Origin: Macrostomum lignano
Lineage: Eukaryota
NCBI GenBank assembly: GCA_002269645.1
Contig: NIVC01000449.1
Location: 62,001-126,000 of the forward strand
DNA: 64,000 bases
Reading direction: 5' to 3'
Each line of letters begins with the position of its first letter. The first letter of the stretch is position 1. Below are positions 29,459-43,643 of the stretch, one piece after another. The notes beneath the pieces are model-generated. The model was not told where the DNA came from and did no database searches. It was given only the letters and a program-made list of their open reading frames with translations. The position numbers and the translations under genes are program-made.

Positions 29459-30102
29459 CCGCTGCCACTGTAGCGAGTTGCGAAGCGACCGAACGAAATC
29501 TGCAGCAGCGCAGAGCCGAGATGGAGGAGGCTGCCATCGAGCTGCGCCAGTGGGAGCAGCAGTGCCGCCAGACCGAGTCGCTGCTCAGTCAAGTCGCCGA
29601 CGGCCCGGCGCCGCCGCCAACAGAGCTGGTCCGACAGCTCGAGAGTCTCATCGACAGCGGCGAACTGCTCAGATCCAAGTACTCCGGAGAGGACACTCAA
29701 CCGCTGCGTCAGCGACTCGCTCGACTGTCAGCGACTCTTGCCGGCATTCGAGGAGCTGGCGGCGGAGCTGCGGCGACCTCCTGCAGCAACGGAGCGGCGC
29801 TCGAGGACGACTCGCAGCCGTCGGGGAAGCCGCCGCCACAGCCGCCGCCCAAACCCAACGCTGCGGTGGTGGCGGCCGCGGCGGCCAGGCGCCGACGGGA
29901 GAGCGGCGGCGGCGCTCCCGACGGCTGCGACCGGCTGGCAAACGGGGCCGCTGAGGATGCGAGCAAAACTGGAGATGCTGCGGCCGGTGATGAGGCGACA
30001 GTGGCGAAACTGGAGACCAGGGCCGCCTGCTGGGAGGAGCGGCTGGCGGCTGCGGCTGCGGGAACTGCGGAAGATGGAGGAGGAGAGGACGCGTGGCTGA
30101 AG
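29459..30102 (+). CDS. Dys: Dystrophin-like rod exon (spectrin repeat plus Ala/Gly/Pro-rich insert)
   Basis: cccgcag|CC phase 1; ERNLQQRRAEMEEAAIELRQWEQQCRQTESLL...RQRLARL; donor AAG|gtgagg at 30103, phase 0. Confidence 0.8.
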
Positions 30103-30134
30103 GTGAGGCTGGGGTTGCGACTGTCAGTGCTGCG

Positions 30135-30992
30135 ACTGTGTGCTCAGGGATCTGTGTGCTCAGGGATCTCTGTGTGCTCAGGGATCGTGTGCTCAGGGAT
30201 CTGTGTGCTCAGGGATCTGTGTGCTCAGGGATCTGTGTGCTCAGGGATCTGTGTGCTCAGGGATCTGTGTGCTCAGGGATCTGTGTGCTCAGGGATCTGT
30301 GTGCTCAGGGATCTGTGTGCTCAGGGATCTGTGTGCTCAGGGATCTGTGTGCTCAGGGATCTGTGTGCTCAGGGATCTGTGTGCTCAGGGATCTGTGTGC
30401 TCAGGGATCTGTGTGCTCAGGGATCTGTGTGCTCAGGGATCTGTGTGCTCAGGGATCTGTGTGCTCAGGGATCTGTGTGCTCAGGGATCTGTGTGCTCAG
30501 GGATCTGTGTGCTCAGGGATCTGTGTGCTCAGGGATCTGTGTGCTCAGGGATCTGCGTGCTCAGGGATCTGTGTGCTCAGGGATCTGTGTGCTCAGGGAT
30601 CTCTGTGTGCTCAGGGATATGTGTGCTCAGGGATCTGTGTGCTCAGGGATCTGTGTGCTCAGGGATCTGTGTGCTCAGGGATCTGTGTGCTCAGGGATCT
30701 GTGTGCTCAGGGATCTGTGTGCTCAGGGATCTCTGTGTGCTCAGGGATCTGTGTGCTCAGGGATCTGTGTGCTCAGGGATCTGTGTGTTTAGGGATCTGT
30801 GTGGTCAGGGATCTGTGTGTTTAGGGATCTGTGTGGTCAGGGATCTGTGTGCTCAGGGATATGTGTGCTCAGGGATCTCTGTGTGCTCAGGGATATGTGT
30901 GCTCAGGGATCTCTGTGTGCTCAGGGATATGTGTGCTCAGGGATCTGTGTGCTCAGGGATATGTGTGCTCAGGGATCTGTGTGCTCAGGGAT
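30135..30992. repeat. 16-mer CTCAGGGATCTGTGTG array
   Basis: Direct reading; starts ~30 nt after a donor site. Confidence 0.95.
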
Positions 30993-31824
30993 CCTCGGGC
31001 ACTCGCAGATAACCAGATGCACTATCTACAAAATAGTAATCTTATTAGCATTCATTCCTAAGCATTTTAGGAGTGTTCTCCCAGCGTCTGTTTGCAAATC
31101 ATCCCAAAGGAACATTGTGGGGCAGCACAGGCCATCTCGCGGCAGGATGTCCATGAGTCGTATATAAATTTTCCAACCCTCGGGGGGTCCGGCTTGGGGA
31201 ACCCAGAATCGACTTGGGTATTGGGTTACAGTACAGCCCTCCCTAAGTCTGGGCTACCAGTTCACTCTAATTTGTGACACTGCATCCGCCCTAATTGCAT
31301 GACATGTTCCTCAGCCAGTCACCATCCTCTCGTGCACAAAGATGCCGAAGATGAACTCAGTAGGCAAACCCAGAGAGACAGCAAAAAAGTTGCTACTTGC
31401 ATAACGAAAAAAGTTACCAATTAACTCTTTATGAAGATGGCGTTTGGGGGGAGGCAAAGCGTGAACTATTTGAGCGGAATTTGACCTCAAGTGACCCGAA
31501 AACAATTAAGGGTAAATGTCGGTCGGTTGATTGTTTTAATTAAATGTTGTTACATGCTTTCCATTTCATGAATTCCGCCATTGAAAATTTAAAGTGCGAA
31601 ACGAGTGCTGTTTCAATTGACTATGCTCTGTAGTGACTACTAGTGGGTTTTGCAAAAAATTATTCAAATAAAGTAATTTCCAGCCAAAAATGATTCGCTT
31701 TTTCTACTGAAAGTAGCTAGTTCGCAAACTTATGGGTTTTTGCTTTCATTGAAAACATTTTTCTAAATTATATACGATTCTAGTCTACTACTCCACTTTT
31801 TAAATTTTCCTCTTAATCTTTCTT

Positions 31825-32435
31825 TATCCGCTCTCTCCATCCGCTCTCTCCATCCGCTCTCTCCATCCGCTCTCTCAATCCGCTCTCTCCACCCGCTCTC
31901 TCCATCCGCTCTCTCCATTCGCTCTCTCAATTCGCTCTCTCAATCCGCTCTCTCCATCCGCTCTCTCCATCCGCTCTCTCCATCCGCTCTCTCAATCCGC
32001 TCTCTCCATCCGCTCTCTCCATCCGCTCTCTCCATCCGCTCTCTCCATCCGCTCTCTCCATCCGCTCTCTCCATCCGCTCTCTCCATCCGCTCTCTCCAT
32101 CCACTCACTCCATCCGCTCTCTCCATCCGCTCTCTCAATCCGCTCTCTCCATCCGCTCTCTCCATCCGCTCTCTCCATCCACTCACTCAATCCGCTCTCT
32201 CCATTCGCTCTCTCAATTCGCTCTCTCAATTCGCTCTCTCAATCCGCTCTCTCAATCCGCTCTCTCCATCCGCTCTCTCCATCCGCTCTCTCCATCCGCT
32301 CTCTCCATCCGCTCTCTCCATCCACTCACTCCATCCGCTCTCTCCATCCGCTCTCTCCATCCGCTCTCTCCATCCGCTCTCTCCATCCACTCACTCCATC
32401 CGCTCTTTCCATCCGCTCTCTCCATCCGCTCTCTG
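31825..32435. repeat. 13-mer CCATCCGCTCTCT array
   Basis: Direct reading. Confidence 0.95.
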
Positions 32436-32959
32436 GAACTTGGGTTTTACATCTTTCTCTCTTCTTTTCGCTTCTATAGAATTATCCGTAACATAACCTT
32501 TCTTAACCTTTATGAGCTGCTTGAGTTACAAAAAAATTCCTTGGGCAATTCATTGAGTCCTTGAGCAGGAATGTTTCTTGTATGAAAGGAAAGCTGTTTC
32601 CTTGCTGTTCCTGCCTCTTCTCGGAGAGGGGTCTGTCGGATCCCAAAGTTTACTGCTTTACTCCATATTTCATTGCCAAGCCTAGGAGTTTGAGGTGAAG
32701 GCACATTGGCTTGCATTGCTGAGTTATGACTTTCCCAAGCAGCCTGTAACTTCAGCCCACAAAAAATGGGGGAAATTTCTGTTCGAAGGCAAACAGCTTA
32801 CAGTATAGTAAAGGTTTTGGGGAGAAATATGAGAGAATTTATTATTAATGCGCTGAGTATTGCGGCCTCGAGTGGGCTAACGAATATATGCTACCCTATA
32901 TTTAGAGTGCAAGAACGCGATGATTTAAGTAGGTCCTGTTAGTCCTCTCTAATTAAAGA

Positions 32960-33350
32960 GACAGAATTATTTCTAGTTGGAGTGACAGAATTCTCTCTAA
33001 TTGGAGTGAAAGAATTATTTCTAGTTGGAGTGACAGAATTCTCTCTAATTGGAGTGACCGATTTCTCTCTAATCAGAGTGACAGAATTATTTCTAGTTGG
33101 AGTGACAGAATTCTCTCTAATTGGAGTGACCGATTTCTCTCTAATCAGAGTGACAGAATTATTTCTAGTTGGAGTGACAGAATTCTCTCTAATTGGAGTG
33201 ACCGATTTCTCTCTAATCAGAGTGACAGAATTCTCCCTGATTAGAGTGACAGAACTCTCTTTAACCAGAGTGACAGAATTCTATCCAATCAGAGTGACAG
33301 AACTCTCTCTAATCAGAGTGACAGAACTCTCTCTAACCAGAGTGACAGAT
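32960..33350. repeat. 24-mer AGTGACAGAATTCTCTCTAATTGG array
   Basis: Direct reading. Confidence 0.9.
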
Positions 33351-33952
33351 TTCGCTGTAGATAAGATTAGCAAACTAATAGAACGCCAAAAGATGCTCAG
33401 TATAACTTTTAACTATTCGAAAACAACCAGAAAGTCAAACCCAAAAACCCTTCAATGCTCGCATACAAAGAACATCTAATCTAATATAAGAGAAGAATGA
33501 GAACAGAGCGGTCTCGGGGGCGTCAGCTGCAGGTCAGCCAACTCCTTGACTACGAGCTGGCTAACCTGATTAGCCGCTCAGATAGAAAATATAATTTCCA
33601 GAGCGGCTGCTCCAGCGGGCATTTTTGGACGACAATAAAAGTACACAACCTTCTCCGTCTCTCTTCCCCCGTGTGCGGGGAGCAGGGTTGGGGCTCTCTC
33701 AAATCCGCAATAATATTATCGATCGGTGGACAACTTTGTCAAGCGTCTTGAAAGATCAAGAGAGCCGGAATGTACTTTTATTTGAGCTCAGCCTGAGTAC
33801 GGGATATTTTACTGCCAGCAGGAAGTCTGAGAGAAATTGAATTATCGAAGAAAAGTTGTGAAGTTCTCAACTTTTCTTTTACGTGTATGAGCTCATTCGA
33901 GCAGCTATGTTTACAGAATCACTTTAATATTGGTCTCATATGTTCGGCTCTC

Positions 33953-35120
33953 CTTCCGCTCTCTCCATCCGCTCTCTCCATCCGCTCTCTCCATCCGCTC
34001 TCTCCATCCGCTCTCTCCATCCGCTCTCTCCATCCGCTCTCTCCATCCGCTCTCTCCATCCGCTCTCTCCATCCGCTCTCTCCATCCGCTCTCTCCATCC
34101 GCTCTCTCCATCCGCTCTCTCCATCCGCTCTCTCCATCCGCTCTCTCCATCCGCTCTCTCCATCCGCTCTCTCCATCCGCTCTCTCCATCCGCTCTCTCC
34201 ATCCGCTCTCTCCATCCGCTCTCTCCATCCGCTCTCTCCATCCGCTCTCTCCATCCGCTCTCTCCATCCGCTCTCTCCATCCGCTCTCTCCATCCGCTCT
34301 CTCCATCCGCTCTCTCCATCCGCTCTCTCCATCCGCTCTCTCCATCCGCTCTCTCCATCCGCTCTCTCCATCCGCTCTCTCCATCCGCTCTCTCCATCCG
34401 CTCTCTCCATCCGCTCTCTCCATCCGCTCTCTCCATCCGCTCTCTCCATCCGCTCTCTCCATCCGCTCTCTCCATCCGCTCTCTCCATCCGCTCTCTCCA
34501 TCCGCTCTCTCTCCATCCGCTCTCTCCATCCGCTCTCTCCATCCGCTCTCTCCATCCGCTCTCTCCATCCGCTCTCTCCATCCGCTCTCTCCCCGGTTTT
34601 ATTCTCAATTTCATCCGCTCTCTCCCCGGTTTTATTCTCAATTTCATCCGCTCTCTCCCCGGTTTTATTCTCAATTTCATCCGCTCTCTCCCCGGTTTTA
34701 TTCTCAATTTCATCCGCTCTCTCCCCGGTTTTATTCTCAATTTCATCCGCTCTCTCCCCGGTTTTATTCTCAATTTCATCCGCTCTCTCCCCGGTTTTAT
34801 TCTCAATTTCATCCGCTCTCTCCCCGGTTTTATTCTCAATTTCATCCGCTCTCTCCCCGGTTTTATTCTCAATTTCATCCGCTCTCTCCCCGGTTTTATT
34901 CTCAATTTCATCCGCTCTCTCCCCGGTTTTATTCTCAATTTCATCCGCTCTCTCCCCGGTTTTATTCTCAATTTCATCCGCTCTCTCCCCGGTTTTATTC
35001 TCAATTTCATCCGCTCTCTCCCCGGTTTTATTCTCAATTTCATCCGCTCTCTCCCCGGTTTTATTCTCAATTTCATCCGCTCTCTCCCCGGTTTTATTCT
35101 CAATTTCATCCGCTCTCTCC
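33953..35120. repeat. 13-mer CCATCCGCTCTCT array switching at ~34590 to a 33-mer containing the same core
   Basis: Direct reading. Confidence 0.95.
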
Positions 35121-36176
35121 TCCTCAACTCTAAGTGGCCAGGTGCGCAGGCAGCGGTGCATCAGCAGCAATCCTAAGGCTGAGTACTCACCAGATGCAGT
35201 GCTTTGCAGCCCAGACCAGCTACCCTAAATTGCTTGCCTACAAAGCAAACCAAATCATGCAGGAAATCTCTGTCAAATATCAAAGACAGCTGATAAAAAC
35301 TTCGTTGATATGCTTATACCCCAAGATGCGCGCACACGCACTGTACTATAATTAAAGTCCAGAGATGAAACAGGCCTTAAGCTTGGAGGATATTGTGGAT
35401 AGGGGATATGAACTTTTTTTTCAGTCTGCCATAGCAACTGCCAACATCGATTTTCTCCTTAGCTGGAGAAGAGGTGAGAGCGAATGAGAGAGAGAGACGA
35501 CGGGGAGAGAGGGGAGGGGAGAGAGGGGAGGAGAGATCAGTTATAGGACTGGTGGGAAAGACACGGTCAACACGGGAGGCCTGGGGTTCGCCATCCAGAC
35601 CCATTTTCCGTCCCTGTCTCGGTGCTTGGATATACATATAGCTAGGCCTAGTTGGGAGAGTGCCGCCCACTGCCTTACCAGGACAGTAAGCGGACTTTCA
35701 ACACAAAACTAAATGGCTTGATGGATTAGATTCCCGCCAGCAGTTTGCCAGCTCTGGATAAGAGAAAGTGCTTCTCTACGGACAAAAAATGCTGTTCGCA
35801 ACAGTAGACAATCAATTGAAGACTTGTCGCATCCGATGGAGTTGGAAGGTCGCGAGTTCTACACCGGCGCTAAAATTAGCATCTTACTTCGAAGCATTCC
35901 GTTAGGCTAAATTATAGTTTTTTAGCTTTAATTTATAGCAATAAATAAATACAAAGTTACATCAGTTAAATTATTTATAAATTATAGTTTATTAATAAAA
36001 TAATTCGGAAAAAACCAAGACTAGTAGCAGAGTGGCTGCCGCACGGGAACAAAGACCGCCTCTGGCCAACAAGTGGCAGATAAATGCATGCGAGGAGATG
36101 CTGGACATCAGCCTCTGTCTGCACAGCCTGCTCATCTCGTTTGAAACCGTAGGTACTTTTCTGAGTTTGGGGGGGT

Positions 36177-37068
<892 letters not shown>

Positions 37069-37849
37069 CATAAAACTAACAGAGTGAACTATAAAATTTG
37101 AGAAAGAGCACCAGAATCCCAGATCTTCTTCCCATCGCTATAGTTGATCCTCTTGTCAGATCAATGTCCCCTTGGGGCCTTCTCTTCCCTTTTGCACCGA
37201 TCAATCTTATACTGCAGATTTGGAATCAGAAATATTTGCAAAGCATGTCCAGAAAGGCGAGCTCTGGGGTGAAAAGATCTGCACTGACCTCGTTTGAACC
37301 CCATGCAGTCGCGTACCTACGAGTATACAGTGCCACCATAATATGCTTTTAAAACTTCCGCCCGCCAAGCGAAAGAGTGACTACGTACTTTTATTCCGAG
37401 AAAGTATGCGATAAGTCGCTTTAATGTCATTCAGATTTTCACGCTTCGAATCTTTCTTTATCGAGGGAGGCCAAACCACACGAATGATGGATGTTGAATG
37501 CTACTGAAGTGAAATCCTAAAGCATCGAATTGAAAAAACTGCCTTGGCAACTACTGGGAAGCTTAATAATGATCTGCTTGCGTTGCGTTGTTGCTTTGTA
37601 AAAAAATCTTCCAAAAGTTGCAACGAAATGCTTCTGAACTCTCTTGGTTGATGACGCGACATGACATGAGATTGACAGTAAAATCCACAACTTCTTGAGT
37701 AAATATCAATATATTCCCCGAGCGAATGTCTCTCCCCGATAAGAGTTGGTAGAACGTGTGCTCCGATCGTGTGGTCGGCTAACTTTACATCATAGACAAG
37801 ATAAACAAAAAAGAGGAGATAGAAGATGAGAGATGACACAATAGGAGAG

Positions 37850-38660
37850 GAGAAGCATGAGAGAGGAGAGAGAGAAGAGGGCAGAGAGAAGAGGGGTGAT
37901 AGAAGAGGGGAGAGAGAAGAGGGCAGAGAGAAGAGGGGAGAGAGGAGGGCAGAGAGAAGAGGGCAGAGAGAAGAGGGGAGAGAGAAGAGGGGAGAGAGAA
38001 GAGGGGAGAGAGAAGAGGGCAGAGAGAAGAGGGGAGAGAGAAGAGGGGAGAGAGAAGAGGGCAGAGAGAAGAGGGGAGAGAGAAGAGGGGAGATAGAAGA
38101 GGGGAGAGAGAAGAGGGGAGAGAGAAGAGGGGAGAGAGAAGAGGGGAGATAGAAGAGGGGAGAGAGAAGAGGGGAGAGAGAAGAGGGGAGAGAGAAGAGG
38201 GGAGAGAGAAGAGGGCAGAGAGAAGAGGGGAGAGAGAAGAGGGGAGAGAGAAGAGGGCAGAGAGAAGAGGGGAGAGAGAAGAGGGGAGAGAGAAGAGGGG
38301 AGAGAGAAGAGGGCAGAGAGAAGAGGGGAGAGAGAAGAGGGGAGAGAGAAGAGGGCAGAAAGAAGAGGGGAGAGAGAAGAGGGGAGATAGAAGAGGGCAG
38401 AGAGAAGAGGGGAGAGAGAAGAGGGGAGAGAGAAGAGGGAAGAGAGAAGAGGGCAGAGAGAAGAGGGGAGAGAGAAGAGGGGAGAGAGAAGAGGGGAGAG
38501 AGAAGAGGGCAGAGAGAAGAGGGGAGAGAGAAGAGGGGAGAGAGAAGAGGGGAGAGAGAAGAGGGCAGAGAGAAGAGGGGAGAGAGAAGAGGGGAGAGAG
38601 AAGAGGGGAGAGAGAAGAGGGGAGAGAGAAGAGGGGAGAGAGAAGAGGGGAGAGAGAAGA
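37850..38660. repeat. 15-mer GAGAGAAGAGGG(GA/CA)G array
   Basis: Direct reading. Confidence 0.9.
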
Positions 38661-38783
38661 GTTAATAAGAGACATAAGTATTGGTATTTTGAATTCTCAA
38701 AGGATCTGATGTCCCCATGTAGTCCCCATGTAAATAAGCCTCAAACTCCAGCTCACAAAACTAGTTGGTCTCCCACCTCCCAG

Positions 38784-39443
38784 GACCTCGACGCCGAGAG
38801 TTTGCTGCACTCCGCCGAACTGGAGATCCTGTCGCATCGCTACGCCAACGTGTCCTGCGGCGGCACCAGTTCGGATCCTCGAGCTCGACTCCGAGCTCGG
38901 CTGGACAATGTCAACCAGCGCTGGCGACGGCTCGGCGAGCAGGCGGCGGAACTGCGCAGCCGGATTCGTCGCCAGGAGGACACCGCCTGGCAGGGCATGC
39001 TGGCCAGGCTGAAGAGTCTCAACGATTGGCTCGCCAGTCGAGACGCTGGACTTCGTCAGCGACAGCTCCTGCTGGGTGGCGACAGCGCCTCGCTACGTCA
39101 GCAGATCAGCGAGCACGAGACTCTTGTCGGCGAGTTGCAGTCGCGTCGAATCGAAGTTGAGCAGGCCCTGGAGCAGGGCGAGAGTTACTTCGGTCAGCAA
39201 GACTTCGCAGGTGGGCAGCAGCAGCAGCAGCAACTCCCGCGGCCAGCCAGTGCGATGAGTCAGAGCGGGCACGAGTCCGGAGCCGAATCCGAGGATGCCG
39301 GAGGCGAAGGCGAAGACCAGCAGCAGCCGCAGCAGAAAAATCTGCGACTGACGCGACGGATTCGAAGGAATTTGCATCAACTGAAACGGCGATGGCTGGA
39401 GTTGAACTTGCGAGTCAGAGAGTACCAGGAGAAGCTGCAGCAG
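38784..39443 (+). CDS. Dys: Dystrophin spectrin repeats R22-R23-like exon
   Basis: ctcccag|GAC phase 0; RLDNVNQRWRRL...LNDWLASRDAGL...LGGDSASLRQQ aligns by eye with dystrophin RLDNMNFKWSEL...LLVWLQLKDDEL...IGGDFPAVQKQ; donor CAG|gttggt at 39444. Confidence 0.9.
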
Positions 39444-39464
39444 GTTGGTGGCTACACTTTGGGG

Positions 39465-39905
39465 TGATTAGATGTTATACTATGGTGTGATTAGATGTTA
39501 TACTATGGTGTGATTAGATGTTATACTATAGTGTGATTAGATGTTATACTATGGTGTGATTAGATGTTATACTATGGCGTGATTAGATGTTATACTATGG
39601 TGTGATTAGATGTTATACTATGGTGTGATTAGAGGCCATACTATGGTGTGATTAGATGTTATACTTTATGGTGTGATTAGATGTTATACTATGGTGTGAT
39701 TAGATGTTATACTTTATGGTGTGATTAGATGTTATACTATGGTGTGATTAGATGTTATACTATGGTGTGATTAGATGTTATACTATGGTGTGATTAGAGG
39801 CCACAATATGGTGTGATTAGAGGCCACAATATGGTGTGATTAGAGGCCTCACTGTGGTGTGATTAGAAGCCTCACTGTGGTGTGATTAGAGGCCATAATA
39901 TGGTG
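39465..39905. repeat. 23-mer GTGATTAGATGTTATACTATGGT array
   Basis: Direct reading; starts ~20 nt after a donor site. Confidence 0.95.
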
Positions 39906-40209
39906 AGATCTGAAGTCATACTATAGTGTGTTTGATTTGAGGCAATTGGGGCCTTAGGATCATGCTTTAGTATCGTTAAGTTCGATGCATCTGTAAGACA
40001 CTTACAAAGAAAAATCGTCAACCGCATGCTTCGCTGATGTCTCATTGTTCAAATCTGCAGCAGTTGAAGGCTCGTCGTGTGTTGGAGTGCTATTTCTATT
40101 ATTTTTTTTATGAGAATTATTAGTGTCCTGAAACTATTCAAAGTAGAATTAAAATTAAATAAAAATTAATGAAAATTAAAAAGCTTTTTAATTTACCTGT
40201 ACCTGTCAG

Positions 40210-40665
40210 GTCACGCGCAGCCTGTCAGCATTCGAGGAGCTGCTCCGTCAGACCAGTCATCGCCTGCTGGCAGCCGAAAGCGAGCTGGAAGCGTTGCCCC
40301 AGTTAGACACCCTGGGAGTTGCTCAACTGTCAAGCGAGCTGTCCCGTCTGGAGCAGTTCCAGGAGTCCATGGCGCCGCTCGATCAACTCGTCGCCTCGCT
40401 GGAGCGCCAGTCGCAGGCCTTCCGCGATTCAAAAGTGGTGCTGACGCACACGCTGGTGTCGCAGATCAGCGACCTGCGCAGCCGGCACCGGGATCTGCAC
40501 GAGGCGATGCGAGCGAGGGCGCGACTTCTGGCCTCGCTGCGGCGTCCCGGCGGCACCATGTCGGCCTCGTTCACCGCGGGCACGTCACCGTCCTTGCAGC
40601 CGCAGAAGTCGCCAGCTCGGGCGATTGCTCCGGTGTCGCCTCTGCTGCAGCAGCGACAGTATCAT

Positions 40666-40723
<58 letters not shown>

Positions 40724-41486
40724 CACAGCCGCACAAGCAGCCGAGTCAGGCTGTCCCTCAGCTGCCCAGCCCCTGCCGGGTCCCAGCTTCGCGCACCCAG
40801 CCGTAGCCAACAGCGTCCAAGCGCCGTGGCAGCGGCTGCTCCACCCCAGCGGCAACCAGGTGCCATACTACCGCAACTCGGACACGCAAGAGACCAGCTG
40901 GGACCATCCGGTGATGACGGAGCTGACTCGCAGCCTGGCCGAGTTGAACAGCATCCGCTATTCGGCTTATCGCACTGCGGCAAAATTGAAACGTCTTCAA
41001 CGAACTCTGTACCTGGACTTGGTGTCGCTCACCTCGGCTGCCGACGTATTCCGCGACCACGGCATCGCCTCGGCTTTAACTGGCGGCCCAAGCGGCGGCG
41101 GCGAGTGTCTGATCGACGTCGGCCAGATGAGTAACTGCCTGGCCAGCCTGTTTGCAAGGTCGCGAGCTCGCATCGCGGATGCGTCACTGCAGGCGCAGAC
41201 AATCGATTTGAGTCTGAACTGGCTGCTCAATGTGTACGATCACGTGCGCAGCGGCCGGATGAGAGCTCTGAGCTTCAAGGTCGGCTTGGTGCTGCTGTCG
41301 GCGGCCGGTCTGGAAGACAAGTATCGCTACCTGTTCGCGTCAGTGGCTGACGAGAGAGGTGTCCTTGACCAACGCCGTCTGGGCCTGCTGCTGCACGACT
41401 GCATGCAGGTGCCGCGTCACCTGGGCGAAGCGGCCAGCTTTGGTGGCAGCAACGTTGAACCGTCTGTGCGCTCGTGCTTCGAAAAG
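40210..41486 (+). CDS. Dys: Dystrophin R24, hinge 4, WW and EF-hand exon (one apparent -1 frameshift near 40765)
   Basis: ctgtcag|GTC; WW SVQAPWQR...VPYYRNSDTQETSWDHP; EF region RYSAYRTAAKLKRLQ, LNWLLNVYD, LEDKYRYLF, DQRRLGLLLHD, FGGSNVEPSVRSCF; donor AAG|gtgcgt at 41487. Confidence 0.95.
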
Positions 41487-42704
41487 GTGCGTTGATTGCT
41501 TAAGGTTGGCGGTTTGATTGTTCTGTCTTTTCTGAGCCATTGTGGCCGAAGCTACTGACCTGCATTGAGGCACTTACACTTAAATTTGAGCTCCTGTGGA
41601 TGCACAGGAAACCAGCTAGGAGCAGTAGATAGGATAGTCTCCTAGATTTTCTATCCCATTTCTCATTCCCTGACAAACAACAACAATAACTAATGTCGTG
41701 AACTTTTTTCAAGTCGTGAAAAAAGCTGTGGGCACCCTGGCTGCAAAGCCTTCGGCGACTGACATTCCACTGACTCTTGAGCACATGTATCAGCGCGCCA
41801 ATACTGCTCATACGAGTGTACATCGGCCCTGATTTTCTAATCGTTTTTTGTACGACAACCACCCCTTCCACCAGTCTCAAATGACTCGAATCTGGCCTCG
41901 AACTAAGGTATTTTATTTTGAAATACTGTGAAAGTCGTGTGTATGCAATATTTACCCCTTGTCAGTGCCAATCAGGCTTCATGATCTGTGAAGCTTTGCA
42001 GGATCTGGCATTGCTGCAAAAGTAGCAAAATCCCAAACAAGCTTGCTGGAGAAAGACCCAGCAGGAAGCCGCGGGATGATGGGGATGTCGAAAGTCGTGG
42101 GTTTGGAGGAATTGGGGGGCCGCCGTATTTTCGTAGGATTCTGGGTCGAAGGATGGGGGATTTTCGCATCATCCTGCTGCCAGCTTTCCCACAATTCGAT
42201 GCATACATTGATGTGTTGCCGAAAATGCGCACACAGAGAGAGCTAGCGCTTTCAATGGTTAATGCATTCTGTTGATAGCCAGAATTAGCAGTTATTACAT
42301 ATAGTCCCAGGGCTTTGCAGGCCGAGAATTTTCAACCATATGGTTTATTTATTCTATTCTAGCTGGCTTCTACGAGAATAAGGACGCGCCCTCTGACTAG
42401 CAAACTGATGGGTTGGCATCTGCACCGCATCTTGTTATCGGATGCAAATATGCACAATCGGCCTTTACATGTACATGTAGTACGCCTGATCGCTTTTTAG
42501 AAGCGCGTGCAGTGCGTCGACTGAGAGGTCAGTAAAAACCCAAATGATGCAACATATAGGCTTGACCTCAATACACCCGATCATTTTAACACTGTTAAAG
42601 TACGTATGACGTACTAGACTATATTGTATACACCCTGACAGTATACTAAGGCCGAGTATTATGGTTAAAGTCGGGATTTTCGGTACTAGTATCGTGCAGA
42701 GACT

Positions 42705-43150
42705 CTCATTTTGGCGCCGCAGGCACTCCCATTTTGGCGCCGCAGACACTCTCAGTTTGGCGCCGCAGACACTCTGATTTTGGCGCCATAGACACTCCCA
42801 GTTTGGTGCCATAGACACTCCCATTTTGGCGCCATAGACACTCCCATTTTGGCGCCATAGACACTCCCATTTTGGCGCTATAGACACTCTCATTTTGGCG
42901 CCATAGAAACTCCCATTTTGGTGCCATAGACACTCCCATTTTGGCGCCATAGACACTCCCATTTTGGCGCCATAGACACTCCCATTTTGGCGCTATAGAC
43001 ACTCTCATTTTGGCGCCATAGAAACTCCCATTTTGGCGCCATAGACACTCCCATTTTGGCGCTATAGACACTCCCATTTTGGCGCCGCAGACACTCCCAT
43101 TTTGGCGCCAAAGACACTCTCATTTTGGCGCCCCAGACACTCTCATTTTG
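42705..43150. repeat. 23-mer CTCCCATTTTGGCGCCATAGACA array
   Basis: Direct reading. Confidence 0.95.
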
Positions 43151-43557
43151 GATATATTATAACATCGAGTCGACTCATTATCAATTAATATTGAGCTCTT
43201 TCAATCTCTCTTACTATTAATTAGGCGATAGCCATATCCCAGCTGGTTGTAAATCAGTCAAAAAAGTTTTCGCGATCTACGAAGAAGGACGAATTAACAA
43301 ATCAATTTGAGTCGGAGATACGCAAGATAGGGTTATTTGTGAGTAGTAAATATTATGTAATTTATAATCGAACTAATTGCAATAGAATTATTTTAAGGAC
43401 ATGCTAGATTCATTCTTTCATATTAAAACTTCACCTTCATGCACAATATTTGTAATAACGAAAGCAAGCAATGTGCATGGTGTTGGCTTCTGCTTAACTT
43501 TTCTAGCAACCCCCCAGAGTAGAATACAAAATAGACAAATTCTACTCTCTCCAGCGG

Positions 43558-43639
43558 GTCGCGATGGCCGAGTGGTTAAGGCGTTGGACTTGAAATCCAA
43601 TGGGATATTCCCTCGCAGGTTCGAATCCTGCTCGCGACG
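43558..43639 (+). tRNA. tRNA-Ser-TGA: tRNA-Ser(UGA), intronic
   Basis: Acceptor stem GTCGCGA/TCGCGAC, A-box TGGCCGAGTGG, anticodon stem TTGGA/TCCAA with loop CTTGAAA (TGA at 43591-43593), long variable arm GGGATATTCCC, T-arm GCAGG-TTCGAAT-CCTGC, G discriminator. Confidence 0.97.
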
Positions 43640-43643
43640 AATC

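Noticed and set aside
35142-35240. Exon-like signals on both strands after the 33-mer array
   Set aside because: The plus frame ends in a stop without a donor; the minus 47-nt candidate has no partner exon or recognisable product.
36030-36152. GC-richer exon-like segment before (GATA)n
   Set aside because: The phase-0 reading required by the flanking exons contains a stop, and it has no spectrin similarity.
43558-43639. tRNA-Sec or suppressor tRNA
   Set aside because: Anticodon TGA reads UCA (Ser); Sec would need TCA and a longer acceptor stem.
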